DNA from: Ylistrum balloti
Taxonomy: Eukaryota
Assembly: GCF_031769215.1 (NCBI RefSeq)
Contig: NW_026782644.1
Span: 248,001 to 312,000, forward strand
Direction: 5' to 3'
Length of the DNA: 64,000 bases
The stretch's first letter is position 1. Each line of letters starts with the position of its first letter. Shown here one piece after another: positions 1-14,953 of this stretch. The notes beneath the pieces are model-generated. The model searched no databases. It was given only the letters and a program-made list of their open reading frames with translations, and was not told the DNA's origin. Position numbers and translations under genes: made by a program.

Positions 1-3000
1 ATGTCAAGTTTTCCCATGACAGTTTTGTGAACACATCTGAATGGATGGGGTTTGATAAAAGGAGTGGCAGACAATGAAGAGCTGGAGATATAATGATAAT
101 ATATTTTTGCATTAATTTTGCATCCTTTAATATGGAACCTGTTTCATGACATGATGCGTGTGGGCGTTGATACTCTGCTCGACATTCTCGTCCTTGTTAA
201 TGTACTGTTACCTGGTGTCACTTTTTTATGCCTCTTATATCAAGGCATCTCATTTTCTATTCAAATGGGCCTTTGCATTCATACAAGTTCAAAATTCAAG
301 AGATTTCAGGAAACAAAGTGTGAAAGAATGAAATGATCTTTGTCAAAAGGTTAGCAGAGGTTAAAGAAGTATGAAATATGAATGTATTCCTAGAACTTGT
401 TGCTTTTAACCCAACTGTTTTCATCTACCTAGCTGTATAAATGATTGACAGTGTGCTGGGAAGTAAATACATGAAAGGCAGGTGTTCTGCAAGAAGGTGA
501 CATGTATTATTTTCTTTATACCATGGAATTGACTTAAAAAGCTGAAATTACCAGTACAGTATGGCAATGTTTTAGTCACACCTGCAGACCATCCAGTAGC
601 CTTAGCTTTTATATAGGTCAGTAATTAAGATGACCAACTGACCTCTGGCTGGTTAAACTTGAGTCACAATCCTCTGATCATGAACTCTATTGCTACTGAC
701 AAAGACAAAGAGGTTGATTGCTACTGACAGAGGCCTTAGATTGATCTGGTGGTCACTCTTAAAGAGTTTGGATGACCTTTGTTATGGTCAATCACACCAG
801 ACTGACCAGTCAAGGTCAGATCTCCAGAATATGCACACCCTTCAGTGCACCTATCACTGGAGAATCCTACTACAGACTTATTTTCTAATGCATCTTTCTG
901 CCCAACTTCTTGAGATATAAACTCGGTCATGTAATTACTTCATATTTTACTTTCAGATATATTTGGAAACTTGAAAATCTCTTTTAATGAAAGATAAAAA
1001 AATGTTCTTATTTCTATAATTCCCTTTCAGCATCAATTAGCCTGCACCACCCATTGTTCTAGCCAAGTCCATTAGGGCACAGCAGGGTGGGGCAGCTCTT
1101 CTTTTCTGCCTAATGAGAAGCATTAACAACACAGAGGTTACCGTGACGACTTATAAAAAGACTAGATTAACTTGTTATTGTGTATTAACGATGATGACGA
1201 TGATGGAGACTGTCGTTATGATTACATTGGTAATGATCTATTGTAAATGTGTGTCGACTTTGTTGTAAGACAATAGGTGCCAGGTTGGAGGTATACACCA
1301 CTTGAACATGCTTGTTAATGAGACTTTATATTCTGTCTGGCTTACAAAGCACCGGCACACACACACACACTCTTACACACTTGTTCAAAATCATATTGAC
1401 ATTGCATCACATTAAAGGGATATCATATTTTTTTTTGTAATTAATTTTATAGGATTTCTTTCATTAGCTACAGTGCTGATGGCCTTGTCTGCTGATGGTA
1501 TAGTGTGTTCTTTACATACAACCTTTACCTGCCAAGATGAGGACATATGTTGTGTTTAGTTTCTGTGGTACAAACTGGCTGCAAATACGATAGCATAGTA
1601 CATTTATTCATCGTCTCTTTCATCTACATTTTCATCTAATTATTCCTTTTCATGGATGCATGCATCATTCATAAGCAAGATTTTCACTTCAGTATAAATT
1701 CTGAAATATGGAAATATTTCCTTTGTATCATTTCCTGATATTCATCTTTCTTTTATTTTTATATTCTGAAACTCAAATTCCAGGGAAGCAGTATTAGTGT
1801 AAGAAATTGACAGCTAGAGGATACAATTCTGAGTTCAACCTCTAACTGATGTATCTACATTGTTTTCTATTTTTCCTTATACTCTTGTTTCAAGCAACAC
1901 TATACCTGGTGATTCTGTCAAATGCCCACCAAGATATTTACAATATTTCTGAACAAAAACTTACTTACACATCACAAATGTAATACTCATTATGATAAAG
2001 AACAAAATTTGTTAAAGCAATACATTACTAGGTGTTAAAGAGATTCACTTTAAGTCACTGAGGTAATTTAAATTATTCAATTCTTTTCTTAATTCAATTC
2101 TTCCATTAGACAAAGTAGATTTTAAATGATATCATTTGGCTTTGTTGCTTACAAGGATGAAGTTGTTGTCGAGTCTGCTTAAATATCCTTCTATATCAAG
2201 AAAAACATAAAATTTTATCTCCGGTAAAAAAAAAAAAAAGATTAGTGTTGTTATGGTTACAGGTGTTTTGTCACAGATTCTATCATCTGATCTTGGGAGT
2301 CAGTGCTGGTGTGTCTAGACAGATTCCTGGATTTAATCAGCATCAGGAATCAGATTCTCATTTTGTTTGTGCATGACAGAAGGGTTAAAATCTATATCAT
2401 TGTCAAAAAAAAAGTGTAGGAAACTGATTTTTTTTATCGGAAGGCAGTAATGTTTTATATATATAGCTGGTAATTCTCAGATTTTATGGGTTTCCAATTT
2501 ATATTGGAAACATTATCTCATAGATATATCAGGGATAAGCAGTAGAATTAAGAATTTGATATTGTAAAAAGGCAATAGAGTTGATATATCTTTCTCGTAA
2601 CCATTTCTGTATTTATTTATTTATTTTACGCAAAATACAAAAAATAACGATTTAACAGGCACCCATATATTGCATTCTAAAATGTATTTGTTCTTAACTG
2701 TTTCATATTTCTTTGGAAAATTTTGCTTAATCATTTGCGAAGTATTCAAATTACTTATGCAAAACGAGCAACTATATAATGTCTTCTGGAGCAAAATAAT
2801 CTCAAACCGATGGTACCTAGTATCGGTGTTTCTGGGTAAAATATCCTATCCAATCAATTTCTGAATAGTTGATCATGTGACATACATCACACATCATATG
2901 ATGCTTATGATTTGGAACAAACATTCTAGTAAAGGCAAATGAAATGTGAATTTATCATCAAAGTCCTGGAATTGTTGGCATCATATAAAAAATGGATACC

Positions 3001-6000
3001 CAAATACCAGGGAATGATTGGGTCAATGTGTAATAAGAGTTACCTCCCCTCATTAGTGACCGTTTCCAGAGCTAAGATAAGGTAATGTAAGGTGATAAAG
3101 AGATGATGACCATGGCCTGGAGCCTGCTGGGTTAGATTGATGTGTCCATTAGCTGACCTCCTCGGGCTAACCATTACATCTTGTTATATAGGATTACAGG
3201 TAGCTATGGCCTGCTGGATGATAGCTGCATGGTCACTTGGTCTAAATCAGATGATTAGAGCCATAAAATACAATTAGACCACATACAGTTCAGTGCCAGC
3301 TGAAATATAACATTTGGACATTTTCCCAGCCACCAGGCCTCATTGCACATGTTTCTTTCTCTCTGAGCCAATCATATTTACAATGGAATTTGAAAATCCA
3401 AACAATTTTGATTTCCAAATAAATGTATATATTGCAAGATATTCCTGATAAAACAACAGGAAGTTGAAAATTCAAGACATATTTTTGACGCATATAAAGC
3501 TTTTCATTTAACTTATAAAGATCTTTTGATTTAACTTCCATACACTGAAGCTTAAATTAGGTTTAAGTAAAACATCTAAGTGACTTAGAATTGCATGAAA
3601 AAATTACTTAACACAAAATGCATTGTTTGATAATGGTGAAGGAATTTACTTATTTAATGCATTATATTAGGCTAATATTATATTACAGTTGGAGTTGCAT
3701 AGAAATATTTAAGCTTGTTTTACACTATCAACTAAGACAGGCCACTTCATAGTATCATGTGTTGTTAAATGATGTACTTTTCAGCATTTAAAATGTCAGT
3801 GACATTTTAATCAAATGTATCTGATCTGATTTTATACAGTGTATCACAATAGATACTTGTCTATGCTGACATCATTTGCTACTTACTGCAAGGCAACAGG
3901 ATTTGAAAATAATCTTATGAAATTGAAATTTTCATTTAACTGCAAAACCTAACAATGTTTCCATTCTAAAATAGGTTTTTATTTCCTAACAGTAAGTGTG
4001 GCTGTTTTATAATGATGATTAAAACCATGTCAGGTGAAGCAACATTTTAAACAATTTGTTTTCTATGTAGGTCAATAAAATCTTCAATAATTGTCATTTT
4101 GCCCAAACCCTACCTCCACCTCCAATATCACTTACACAATTAAAGCAATTTATACAGAAGGCATGGGTAGACCAGCACCTGACTCCATTGTGCAGACCTG
4201 AATGAGGACGATTTGAGAAATTAGTATAATGTAAAAAAAGGCGGGAATCTGTGTAAATCTAAGTAATTGGTTGATAATTGACACCATTGTTATTTTGTTC
4301 GCTGGCCTTAATTTATTTGACAGAGAGGAGACAGGGAGGGGAGGAGGAGATAGTTCTGAGACGATGATACTAGTTATACATACAAACAGATTATGTATGC
4401 ATGTATTTATTTACATGTACATACAAACTGCACAAGTTTAAAATGACAACAATGCTTCTAATACACCATGCAAAATCGAGCAGGTGCTGTCAACAATGTC
4501 AATATTCAAATACACAATAGAATCCCGCACCATTTTTTGAAGTTTTTTTTTTTTTTTTTTACCTCAACAGTAATTTTTTCTAATACACAATGAATCACCT
4601 ATTTTTATGTTTTTTACCACCATGTTTGTACAAACAGTTTAACACAGCGCAAATTACAATCAATTATTTGGCCTCAAAGTCCATGTGACCAGGTCTTAAT
4701 TGACTCTTGATTAAATTAAATGTAATTACAATAATTCAGTGAGAATCCAAGGACTTTGGGCCCATATCAATATTTTACAGTTTGCTATCCACAACGACAA
4801 AAAGTCCATAGCTTAATGAATGCTTTGAATTGATCAAACCATTTCTCAGTTATTACTGACCTAACTGAGCTTCTGATTTTTATACAAGATATCGTGATCA
4901 AATTTATATTACTCATATCAATTTTATATAAAGCCCGCCATTGCGCCATAAAGACTTGAGCACGAGACAGCTAGTAATGAACACACTTCTTAACACTGTG
5001 TTACATGAGGTCTTTGAAATTTAAACGTAATTGTAAAAAATTTTGTCAGATGTATTGAAATCAACTTAACATGAACTCTTACCATCTCAGAGATATACTG
5101 GGTGTATGTGCAACAGGAATTTTGCAAGGTACGGAATATTTGGCTTTCATATGATGAACAGCCGTTGACAAAAAAATCAATGTTTACCTGGAATTTTGGT
5201 CTATATATGCAGGTCATGTTCTGTGTTGATCGATGAAAACATTTGACACAGTTTGATCCTATTGCTGTACAACATGCTGTGTCAGTCAATCGGGTTAATC
5301 CACGACATTTATAATATGGTCCTCCGTACCCGATATTTCCCGCACAGAAACAACCAAAACTTCGCTACAGAATAATCCACCTATTCAGGTATTTCAAACT
5401 TCCTGGCATATCATGTTTATCTTTTGGGTTTAGTGGGGGTTGGGGAGGATTGGATCTGTGATACCTAATCTTAATAACGAAATAAAAATGAGGGATGGGC
5501 TTATTACAGGACAAAGATCTGTCATTTGTTAAAAGTACCGATTTATTGAAATAGATACGGGTGTCCTTATGAATAATCAAGTCACTGTCGTAAATTTTTT
5601 TGCATGATGTCGATTATCCAAGCACATTAAGACGCCTTATAAAAGAGATGGTTTAGATTGTAGAAAACTTACTTTGATTATCAATTCCTTAAGATACATA
5701 CCATAATATTGCAAAATGTTTAAACATTTTCAGATCTCGGGTCACATGATATCTTAAAATATTTTGACAGCAACAGATCCAGTGAAAAATTGATACATCT
5801 CACCTCTTAAATATCTTGTGTCACTTCAGACATAAAATATCTGCAATACATGTAAAGACTGAAAATAAATAAATTCTTTGTATCATTGACTCTGACATAA
5901 AAGAAACCAATGGGTGGCATTTATTTCAACCTTGACCTTTCAAATTCCATAGAAACAAATTTTGTTATATTGCTGGATTGATGACTAACTGGCATTACAC

Positions 6001-9000
6001 ATTGTTGATGGGGGACAACGAATCTTTATCTCCGACCATGTTGTGTTTTACACCTGCTCTAGGTCACCAATCACACAGAGTTAGGAATCTTTTATAATCT
6101 GACCCAATAAGATCTCAAAAAAAAGGTTATCTCTTCGCCTGCTGCTCCGTTGATTTATGTCAAAATTAATGAAAAGTTTCACAAAACACTTGTTATTACA
6201 CATTTGTGTTGCTAAATAGTGAAAATATGGAAACACATATCACTGTTTAAACATTTCAAGATATTTTGAAAAACAAATGAATAAACCAATTGGAATGTTT
6301 GTTACACATGCAGGGTTTATTTTAAAGCTGTTTTCAAATCTGTATTAAAACAAAATTTTAGCATTGTTGAACATCCTAATTGTTTATTTTTACAACTTTT
6401 TTAATGTACAGATAAGGAAGGTACAGATTAAAAAATTGTTTTAAAAATATTTGAAGATGTACATTTTGTATAGTTAAAACTAATCCAAAACTATTGATTA
6501 ACGGTATCTTACTTCACAGAAATACTATATGCATGTATGTTAAGTTCTTTACAAAACTGATCGAAATGAATAAGAAAAGTCAAGGTCATGTACTGTTCAG
6601 TGTTGACCTTGAATAAACACCTAGTTTAACTGGCACATTGTTCAGACATAGCCCTAGTGCCACAATTCTACAAGTCATGTCATTGGTAGCCCATTTTGAA
6701 ATTGTATGCATTTTTACGAAGTATGTTTCAGAATCAATTTACCTCCATATATTGTTATTTTTTATTTTTACGCTGAAATCTGAAGCTTATGATCAATAGA
6801 GTGCTAAACGCTTTACCTATTTGTATCAAAGGCTCTGTATTACAGTTGCCAGATCAAGTTTAGGACAAAATTTCAAAAAGCTTTATTTATAAACTCTGAC
6901 AAATCAATATATTTGTTTCTGCTCATTCAAGTTTCTTTTAAAGTAAAATTTAAGTCTATAGAGTGTGTGACTGAAAATTAAAAAAAGAGAAAAGAAATGT
7001 GTAGTAATTCAAAAAAGGTAACATGATGATGTAGATTTTTGTTAAACAAATCACGCATTGTTTACAGTCGGTTTAGTCATATGGTTGTTATGGGGTGTGG
7101 TGGGTACTACCACCATAGAATAGAGGCAGAAATAAAGAAAACACTCTCTTTTGTTTTCATTTTTCATGTATGATGTAATTGGATGAAGTAATTCGTTGTA
7201 AGTGAAAGTGGAAACACTCAGAACACTAATGAAGCTTGTTGGTTTCTGCACTGATATCTGGGGTGTACGTAGCAGATTGCAGTGTGTCTCTGTGAGATCA
7301 AAGTCACCAAGATGTTTGTGATACAGGGACATACTTAAGTGGCCTTCTCCTTTATATTTCTGTGGAATCTGGAAGAATAAGGTTGTAAGTATAGAATACC
7401 AAACTATGTTATCTTTCTTCTTTTTTTAATTTGTAAACCAACCTGTATTTGCTATCATTCATAATATTTTGGAATCTTTTAAAATCAAATGTAGGAATGT
7501 AACAGAAATTATCTGGATGATAAAAAAATAATTCTTTTAATTGTGTGAATCCCTTTGATATTTTTTGTGCAGGTTCTGCTTTTTGTTTTGTTTTGGCATG
7601 TTTTTCTCTTTTGAAGATATCTTTTATATGCTTTATAGTGAGTCTTTGTTGATTTCAAGCACTTCTGAGAATCAGAGTTGATAAATTCCAATAAAAGTAC
7701 TGCTTACCTAAAGGGATGGATGACCTCTGACGTTTAAAGTCTAGTTCATTACTGTATGCTAATTAGGTAGGAAACTGGTCTCTGGACAGTCATACATCAA
7801 AGTTAAGTTGAGAGGAGGAAGTCAGGGACTGGTTCAAGGACTGCCATCTTCATAAGACCTACAAGAACATTTGTATTCATACCTAAAGCGTTTGGCTCGT
7901 TAACATGATTTAAACACAACTGTGACCCTGACCATGGTCAAATGTGCTCTATCACCACTTCAGCATGCACAATGACATCATATATCAACTTTTGTAATTG
8001 AAATCCACCAATCTGACTAAATAGAAATAGCTGGAATCCTTTGAAAGCCTGGCTGATTGTAATGTTATGTAAATTGATAGGTCACACTTTTCATACTGTC
8101 CAGGTTTTGTACAGTCAATGTTAGTATACTTTTAACAAATAAACTTTTACCAATGCAAAAGGAAAACCATTTGTCTTTAAATACCTTAATTAATTTTAGT
8201 TTTCAATAAAATGAAACCTATACTCTCCCAAGCAGCAAAACTCCCCCCAAAAATGTGATAAAATTAATATTGAAATAGACGTATCTGTAATAACTCTAAT
8301 TGTAGAATAAATATCCTGTATCACATATCTATGGTCTAATCTATTTGTGTTCTGGTTTATATTAAATTAGATTGTACACATGTGAAATTATCCAAAAATC
8401 TATATAGTATACTCCATTTACAAGACAGATATAACATGATATTAGAAAAAATCATACAGGCCTATTACCCATCCATGCTCTTCATTATATGCTGTAAAAT
8501 CATAATTAGGGCTATAAGCCCGTGACAAAACATGAACACTTAATAAGAACTGTCGCCAATATTAAAATAATTACTAAACTTTTTTAGGACAATTTGATGA
8601 CGTAATCTAAAGACTGCTTTGTTCACATCCATGTAGTCTGCCGACCGCATTTTAAATGGAGGATTCGCCAAAAGATCAATGACACTGTGTTAGAAAATCT
8701 TAGACATTATGTGGTAAACACCAGGCTTGGAGATACCAAACAAATAGGTCAGTTTAAATTTTTAAATTTCTAATCATATTTACAAGAATGAAATGTGAAT
8801 TTAAATGCAGAGAAATCACATTATCCACCATTTTTTGTCTGGAGGTTATCTCCCTTATTTCATAATCTTCACTCAGAAAATGAAACCTATTTCTTCTGCC
8901 TTTAGGAAAAATATTCAAAGTTTTGCATTCTTCAAGTTTCCAGGTATTTATTTTTTGAAAAAATAAATTTCATTAGTCAAAAAATGACGGGACTGAAAAT

Positions 9001-10567
9001 TGGAAATGAAAAAATGGAAAACAAATAAATCAAAAAATCAAAAGGATAGAATGATCACAAGTGTTCCGTTATAAAAACATGCAACTGCAGAACCACAAGG
9101 GAATTATTTAGGCAATAGCTTCAATTATTCTGAAATAGTGTTGAAGAACCATTCTGTAGCCTCTATTGTGTAGAGGGAGATGTTTATATGAAGTGCCCAG
9201 CTCTGAGACTTCTCGGGCACTATCAAACACAGATGAGAGACTACTGATGCTGATTGAAAGTTCATCCTAAAGAGGTTGATGGGCAGAATCAGAGAGATTT
9301 CATCCACTCCATCACTTAGAAGAGGGACAGACATTAAAACCGCATGTCATTGGCAACATAAAGCCTTTCAGCCAATCAAACCTGTCGTTTCTTACTGCTT
9401 ACATTATCAGACAACTAAATCATTTTGTTTTATTGCAAGATGATGAGTAATAAAAAAAAATTGATGTTGAACATGCCTGCATCAAATATGAAAATTTGGC
9501 CGGTTGTGTGTATAATGTCATTATGACGGACAATTAGCTCTTTGTGAGGCAGTTTTAGACTTGTTAATAAATTATGTTGCTTAATGAAGAAACAATTATA
9601 CATTTCTGTGCTTTTCATCATATCTTTTTTTTTTGATTTTTTTATCATTTATTTTTTCATTGTGCTATTTCTATTTAGTGTTATGGTGTATACAGCCAGT
9701 ATACTGTACATGAAACTATATATCATGATCAACTGTTTCCAATTTCAGTTTCATTTCTCATTGAACTGCGATAACAGCAGAACACAATGCCAACATGGCT
9801 GCCAGTTTTTGAACTGACGATATACGCCGGTTTGAGTGCATGAAGTCATCCTAAACAACTACTGTTCAAAAGATTTATTTTTAATAATCGGACGCCGAAC
9901 TACTTGAATAGTGAAAGTTTAATTGAATGTTTACGTTTCTTTTCCCCGAGCGACACTGTTTGATGGGCGTTTACCAGTGGATTGAAGTAGTGTTTGGGTT
10001 ATAGTTATGAAATTTGATTGGCGTATTTAAACACTTTTATCTTTCAAGCCATTTGATAAAGTTATGAGAATCTACCTGAAGATTAATTCTCTACGTGGGT
10101 TCGTGTGTTGGACAACTTATGACCAAAGTTTGGAGTCTTGTTTTCATGTTTAGGTTTCTTAGGTTGATGGTCCTGACCACAGTTTGGATATAGTTGAATA
10201 TATCATATATATACATCTCAGTGCGTGGTGCAAACTAGAATTCCTTCAAACACGATCATTAAAATCAATTAATATGTTCTACTTTTAAACAAAGCCATTT
10301 TTCTCTTTTGCTGGCATTCTTGGGGCTGTTAGCACTTTTACTTGTCAAATAGGTACTCCTCTTAAGCTAACAGCAACTCTATTGTCAAATCTAAAAGACA
10401 AATTCCATTTTCAATGAGTTTGTTTAGCTTTCATTACTATTCAATCAATAATCATTATGACATCAATGTTTCCATTATTCCCCGAAAGTGTTTGTCCGAG
10501 TGACCGCTCAGAGAAAAATTCTTATATCTTGGTGAAATGGTTAAAGGAATATTATATAGAGGTATAT

Positions 10568-10690
10568 CCTTGTACAGTGGACAGGGGTCAAGTATGACCT
10601 TGTACAGTGGACTGGGGTCAGGTATGACCTTGTACAGTGGACAGGGGTCAAGTATGACCTTGTACAGTGGACAGGGGTCAAGTATGACCT
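10568..10690. repeat. 30-bp minisatellite, 4 copies (CCTTGTACAGTGGACAGGGGTCAAGTATGA)
   Basis: Near-identical tandem units read directly from the sequence. Confidence 0.95.
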
Positions 10691-10871
10691 ATATGGTCAA
10701 TAAGACAAATTGAGGTTCCTATTGCTGAAACTCTTGACATTGGTCAAATAATAGGGATAGTTCATGATATATTGTGCATTGGTCAAGTCCAGTAAAGGGA
10801 CATTTCAAGAGTCTGCTTCAAAGACTGTGAGCATTAGTCCAACACAGCCTAATGATGTTTGTAATTATAAA

Positions 10872-11671
10872 GTGGACATTGGTCAAACATGATCTATAGA
10901 GGTGTCTAATGTTACACTGGACATTGGTCAAACATGATCTATAGAGGTGTCTAATGATGAAGTGGAAATTGGTCAAACATGATCTATAGAGGTGTCTTAT
11001 GTTACACTGGACATTGGTCAAACATGATCTATAGAGGTGTCTAATGTTACACTGGACATTGGTCAAACATGATCTATAGAGGTGTCTAATGATGAAGTGG
11101 AAATTGGTCAAACATGATCTATAGAGGTGTCTTATGTTACACTGGACATTGGTCAAACATGATCTATAGAGGTGTCTAATGATAAAGTTGACATTGGTCA
11201 AACATGATCTATAGAGGTGTCTAATGATAAAGTGGACATTGGTCAAACATGATCTCTAGAGGTGTCTAATGTTACACTGGACATTGGTCAAACATGATGT
11301 ACTGATGTGTCTAATATTGCACTGGACATTGGTCAAACATAATCTATAGAGGTGTCTTATGTTGCACTGGACATTGGTCAAACATGATCTATAGAGGTGT
11401 CTAATGTTGCACTGGACATTGGTCAAACATGATCTATAGAGGTGTCTAATGTTGCACTGGACATTGGTCAAACATGATCTATAGAGGTGTCTAATGATAA
11501 AGTGGACATTGGTCAAACATGATGTACTGATGTGTCTAATGTTGCACTGGACATTGGTCAAACATGATCTATAGAGGTGTCTAATGTTGCACTGGACATT
11601 GGTCAAACATGATGTATAGATATGTCTAATGTTACACTGGACATTGGTCAAACATGATGTACTGATGTGTC
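10872..11671. repeat. 45-bp minisatellite, ~18 copies (TGGACATTGGTCAAACATGATCTATAGAGGTGTCTAATGTTACAC)
   Basis: Tandem units with a few recurrent variants. Explains the 15-aa periodic minus-strand ORFs 10818-11246 and 11256-11651. Confidence 0.95.
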
Positions 11672-14600
11672 AAACACATTGACCAAATGATATTCACTCT
11701 AGACAGGTAAAAGTGATTCTCTAGATGGGCATGATTGTAAAATCTAATTGTATGATTTACTGACAAAATTCAAAGTTATGAAAAGTGCATTAGGGACACA
11801 ATAGTACCAGGATAAAAAGCTTGATAGGTCTCCCAGACAGCGACATGTAGCACTGTTTTATATTTCAACACTAGTAAAAAAAGGTATTGAGTGCTGATTG
11901 GATGACTGGATTTAGAATCACTTCCTGTATTTTTCTCCTGAAATAAAAAAAATCTAAAATAATATCATTTCTGCAACAGATGTATTGAAATCTAGACAAC
12001 AAACAGTACTGCATTCAACACAAGGGCAAATTTTTTAAAACAACCCAACTATCCTGTATGTAGTGAAATACGAAACTCCAGCAGATAAATACCAACAGTT
12101 GGTCAGCATTTGCTAAAATAACAAGCACACATTTTCATAAAAGCACAAAATGTCAAACAGGAATTGCATTTGTCTATATCAAAGGTTGTTAGTACTTGAT
12201 ACACATAAATATGCATTTGCCCACTTTTCTTTCCCCATATACCATGTTGACCTTGACCTTCGGAAAGTTTCTTTCACACCTCTCTTTTTTCAGTATTTTA
12301 TTACACCGGCAGTTATATATTATTGATGACAGATAAAAGTGATATCATTATGTCAGGAGTCTTCCCTGTGGACCCCAGGAGGAAAAGCTATTGTCATTTG
12401 TTCATTGAAGACGACAGCTTTGTATAGAAAAGAGTGCAGTGTTAGCCTTAATATATTTGTAAGTTGAGAGGTAGTCTGTTCATAATATCCCTGTTTAGAA
12501 ACAGGGGAGCCCAAATTTGAGTGTTTTCAAATAATATCACATTATAAATCAACAAGATTTTTGTCCAGGCTGTGGCATATGACATACTTAAATGACAGAC
12601 ACTGACAGTATTAAGAAAAAAATTTGAGAAATATTTCAGGCATTGAAGTCTCTATATTATCAATGTATGGAAACAGTTAAACATCACATAAATGTTTGCT
12701 TTCTTATAAGATTTCATGTGATGTGATGTAAGAGAACAAACATTAAAATGACACTGATCCTACTGCATAAATGCAATTTTTTTTTTTTTAGTTTTGTTTA
12801 AAATGTAACAGAAATACGTATATAACTTATGGTTTACTTTTATCTTATACAATTGCTAAAAGAAAGTTTAGATGTAGGGAGGATTGTGTAGAATTGCTTG
12901 ATGGGCAAAAAGTTTTAAAAAATTCCAGTCTGATCCCATACTGGGTAATGGGACATATTGATAAGTATTATACAATTTAAATGCCCATGCACTGTTCAAA
13001 TTATAAGAGATTGATATGGAAGTTATTGCCACGATGGATAGCAGTTTAATGACACTGTATGGTGAGAGGAAGAACCAGTGTGATACTATATCGGTTTTTG
13101 CTGAGTGACTGTAATTTGGAAATTACGGCTAAATCGCCCTTGGCAGCATCTTTGATTGTAAAAATTTTCAAAAAATCTAAAAATATTACCTATATTTAAT
13201 GGAATTTGAAATATATAAAATGTTCCTGAAGTTTTCATATCAGTCTGTTTATCTTTCGGAAATATTTCAAGTAATGAATATTTCTGTGATAAAAAGGGTG
13301 GGGAGAAGATCCTCCTAAAACTAGACTGAATGAAAAGAAATTAAATTTAAACAGAAAAGGTTTTGCAGATGTTTGGTTGTTGTTATTGTTTCCTGTCGAA
13401 GTTTATATGATTTTTATCTATCAAATTAAAAACCGACAGACAAGGTCACATGGTGAGGTCATGTGACCAGGAGTCCAACAGACAATGGGCTGGCATCAGA
13501 CTTTGATAAATCTGGCTTCCATCGATTAGTAATGAGAAAATGCTTTTCCCCTTGACTTGATACCAATTGAGTTAAACTGTGACTAAATTCGGAAACCTGA
13601 TTTCAGGTATAGCATTGTTCACTTATACAATTGAGACAAAGACTTACAAAGAAGTAGTCATGCATGTACTGTGTAACCCACTAGTTTTCAATAGTGTACC
13701 TGTATCAAGAGGACTTCTAAATAACCAAATATTTGTCAGGTTGTGCGTAATTGATAAGATAAATCACCTAAACTGCATGAAAAAAGCTGTTGTTTATCAC
13801 AAACACCAGACATAAAATGTATATATATTCAGGCTAACTGCAAATTTTAAGTTAACAAAATTCTTCGGGGTCCCAAGAGATTCACAAACTTGGAACAAAC
13901 ACATTCAAAAACTACATTTGCACAGCTATATCCAATGTTGCTTATCAAGCCAATTGGTCGGAGAAAAAAACGAAAAAACCAATAAATCTCTTATGCAATT
14001 TGCACCCTATCGATATGCAATTTTAAAAGTCACTCAATGAAATTTGTTTCACATTTGATATCAACTAAAATTTGATTAGAAGCAGGCAGTGAGATATACA
14101 CAGGGCCTGCTAGCTTTGTCTCCTGGTTAGGTAAACGGTACGATCAATATGCGTAGTGGAAGCCTGCGATCAATGGCCGACAGCATTTATAATTCAACAT
14201 GTTCCATTCTCTCATGATCTTGGAGAAAGTACTGAAAGAATTTTTTTCTATTCTCTATTTTAATATTTATCCATGCATAGAATAAATTATGCCATTTAGC
14301 ATTTTTTTTTCCGTTAAATAAAAAATGTAGAATTGCATTTTCATCATTCATGTGGGACAGGTTTTGATGATGAGGGATAGGTTTTGGGGGATGTTAGGGG
14401 AATGTAACAACCAACAACAGCCCTCTTTCTGCTCAAGTTTGAAAGAGAAATCTTAATTGAGAGCTCCAATGGTCTGCATCAATAAGTAATGGCATTGTCA
14501 CAACTTTGTAGCATCGCCTTATCTAATATTAATGGTGACAAGTTCCAGAGATTCGTGGGAACCACGTCCACAATGTCCTTAAAACGACACATTGACACAA

Positions 14601-14953
14601 TATATTGTTGATAACATAAATGAAAAAAATATTCATAATATGTATTTAGTAACAATATATCTGCCTGGTAAATTAAATGTTAAAATTGTTGAGTTTTGTG
14701 AGTGTACCTGTATTTTGTAAGTCTGACAATACATCACTATGATGGTCTTCGTTGTGAAATATTGTAATGTATTTGATTAATTGTCTGATCAATGTTTGTA
14801 TTATAGATATAAAAGGTCAGTATAATCACAACGTTAGAAACATACATTGAAACCTTTCTAATCCGAACTCTGAGCAGTCTGACAAATTGTTAAGATGTAA
14901 AACCATTTCTTAACTTACATGGAATTGATGTATTCAGAAACTCTGACTAATCT

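Noticed and set aside
7708-7858. Minus-strand coding exon (ttcttgtag|...TAG|gtaagc)
   Set aside because: Stops occur in all three frames, and splice-like pairs of this quality are expected by chance in 64 kb of AT-rich DNA.
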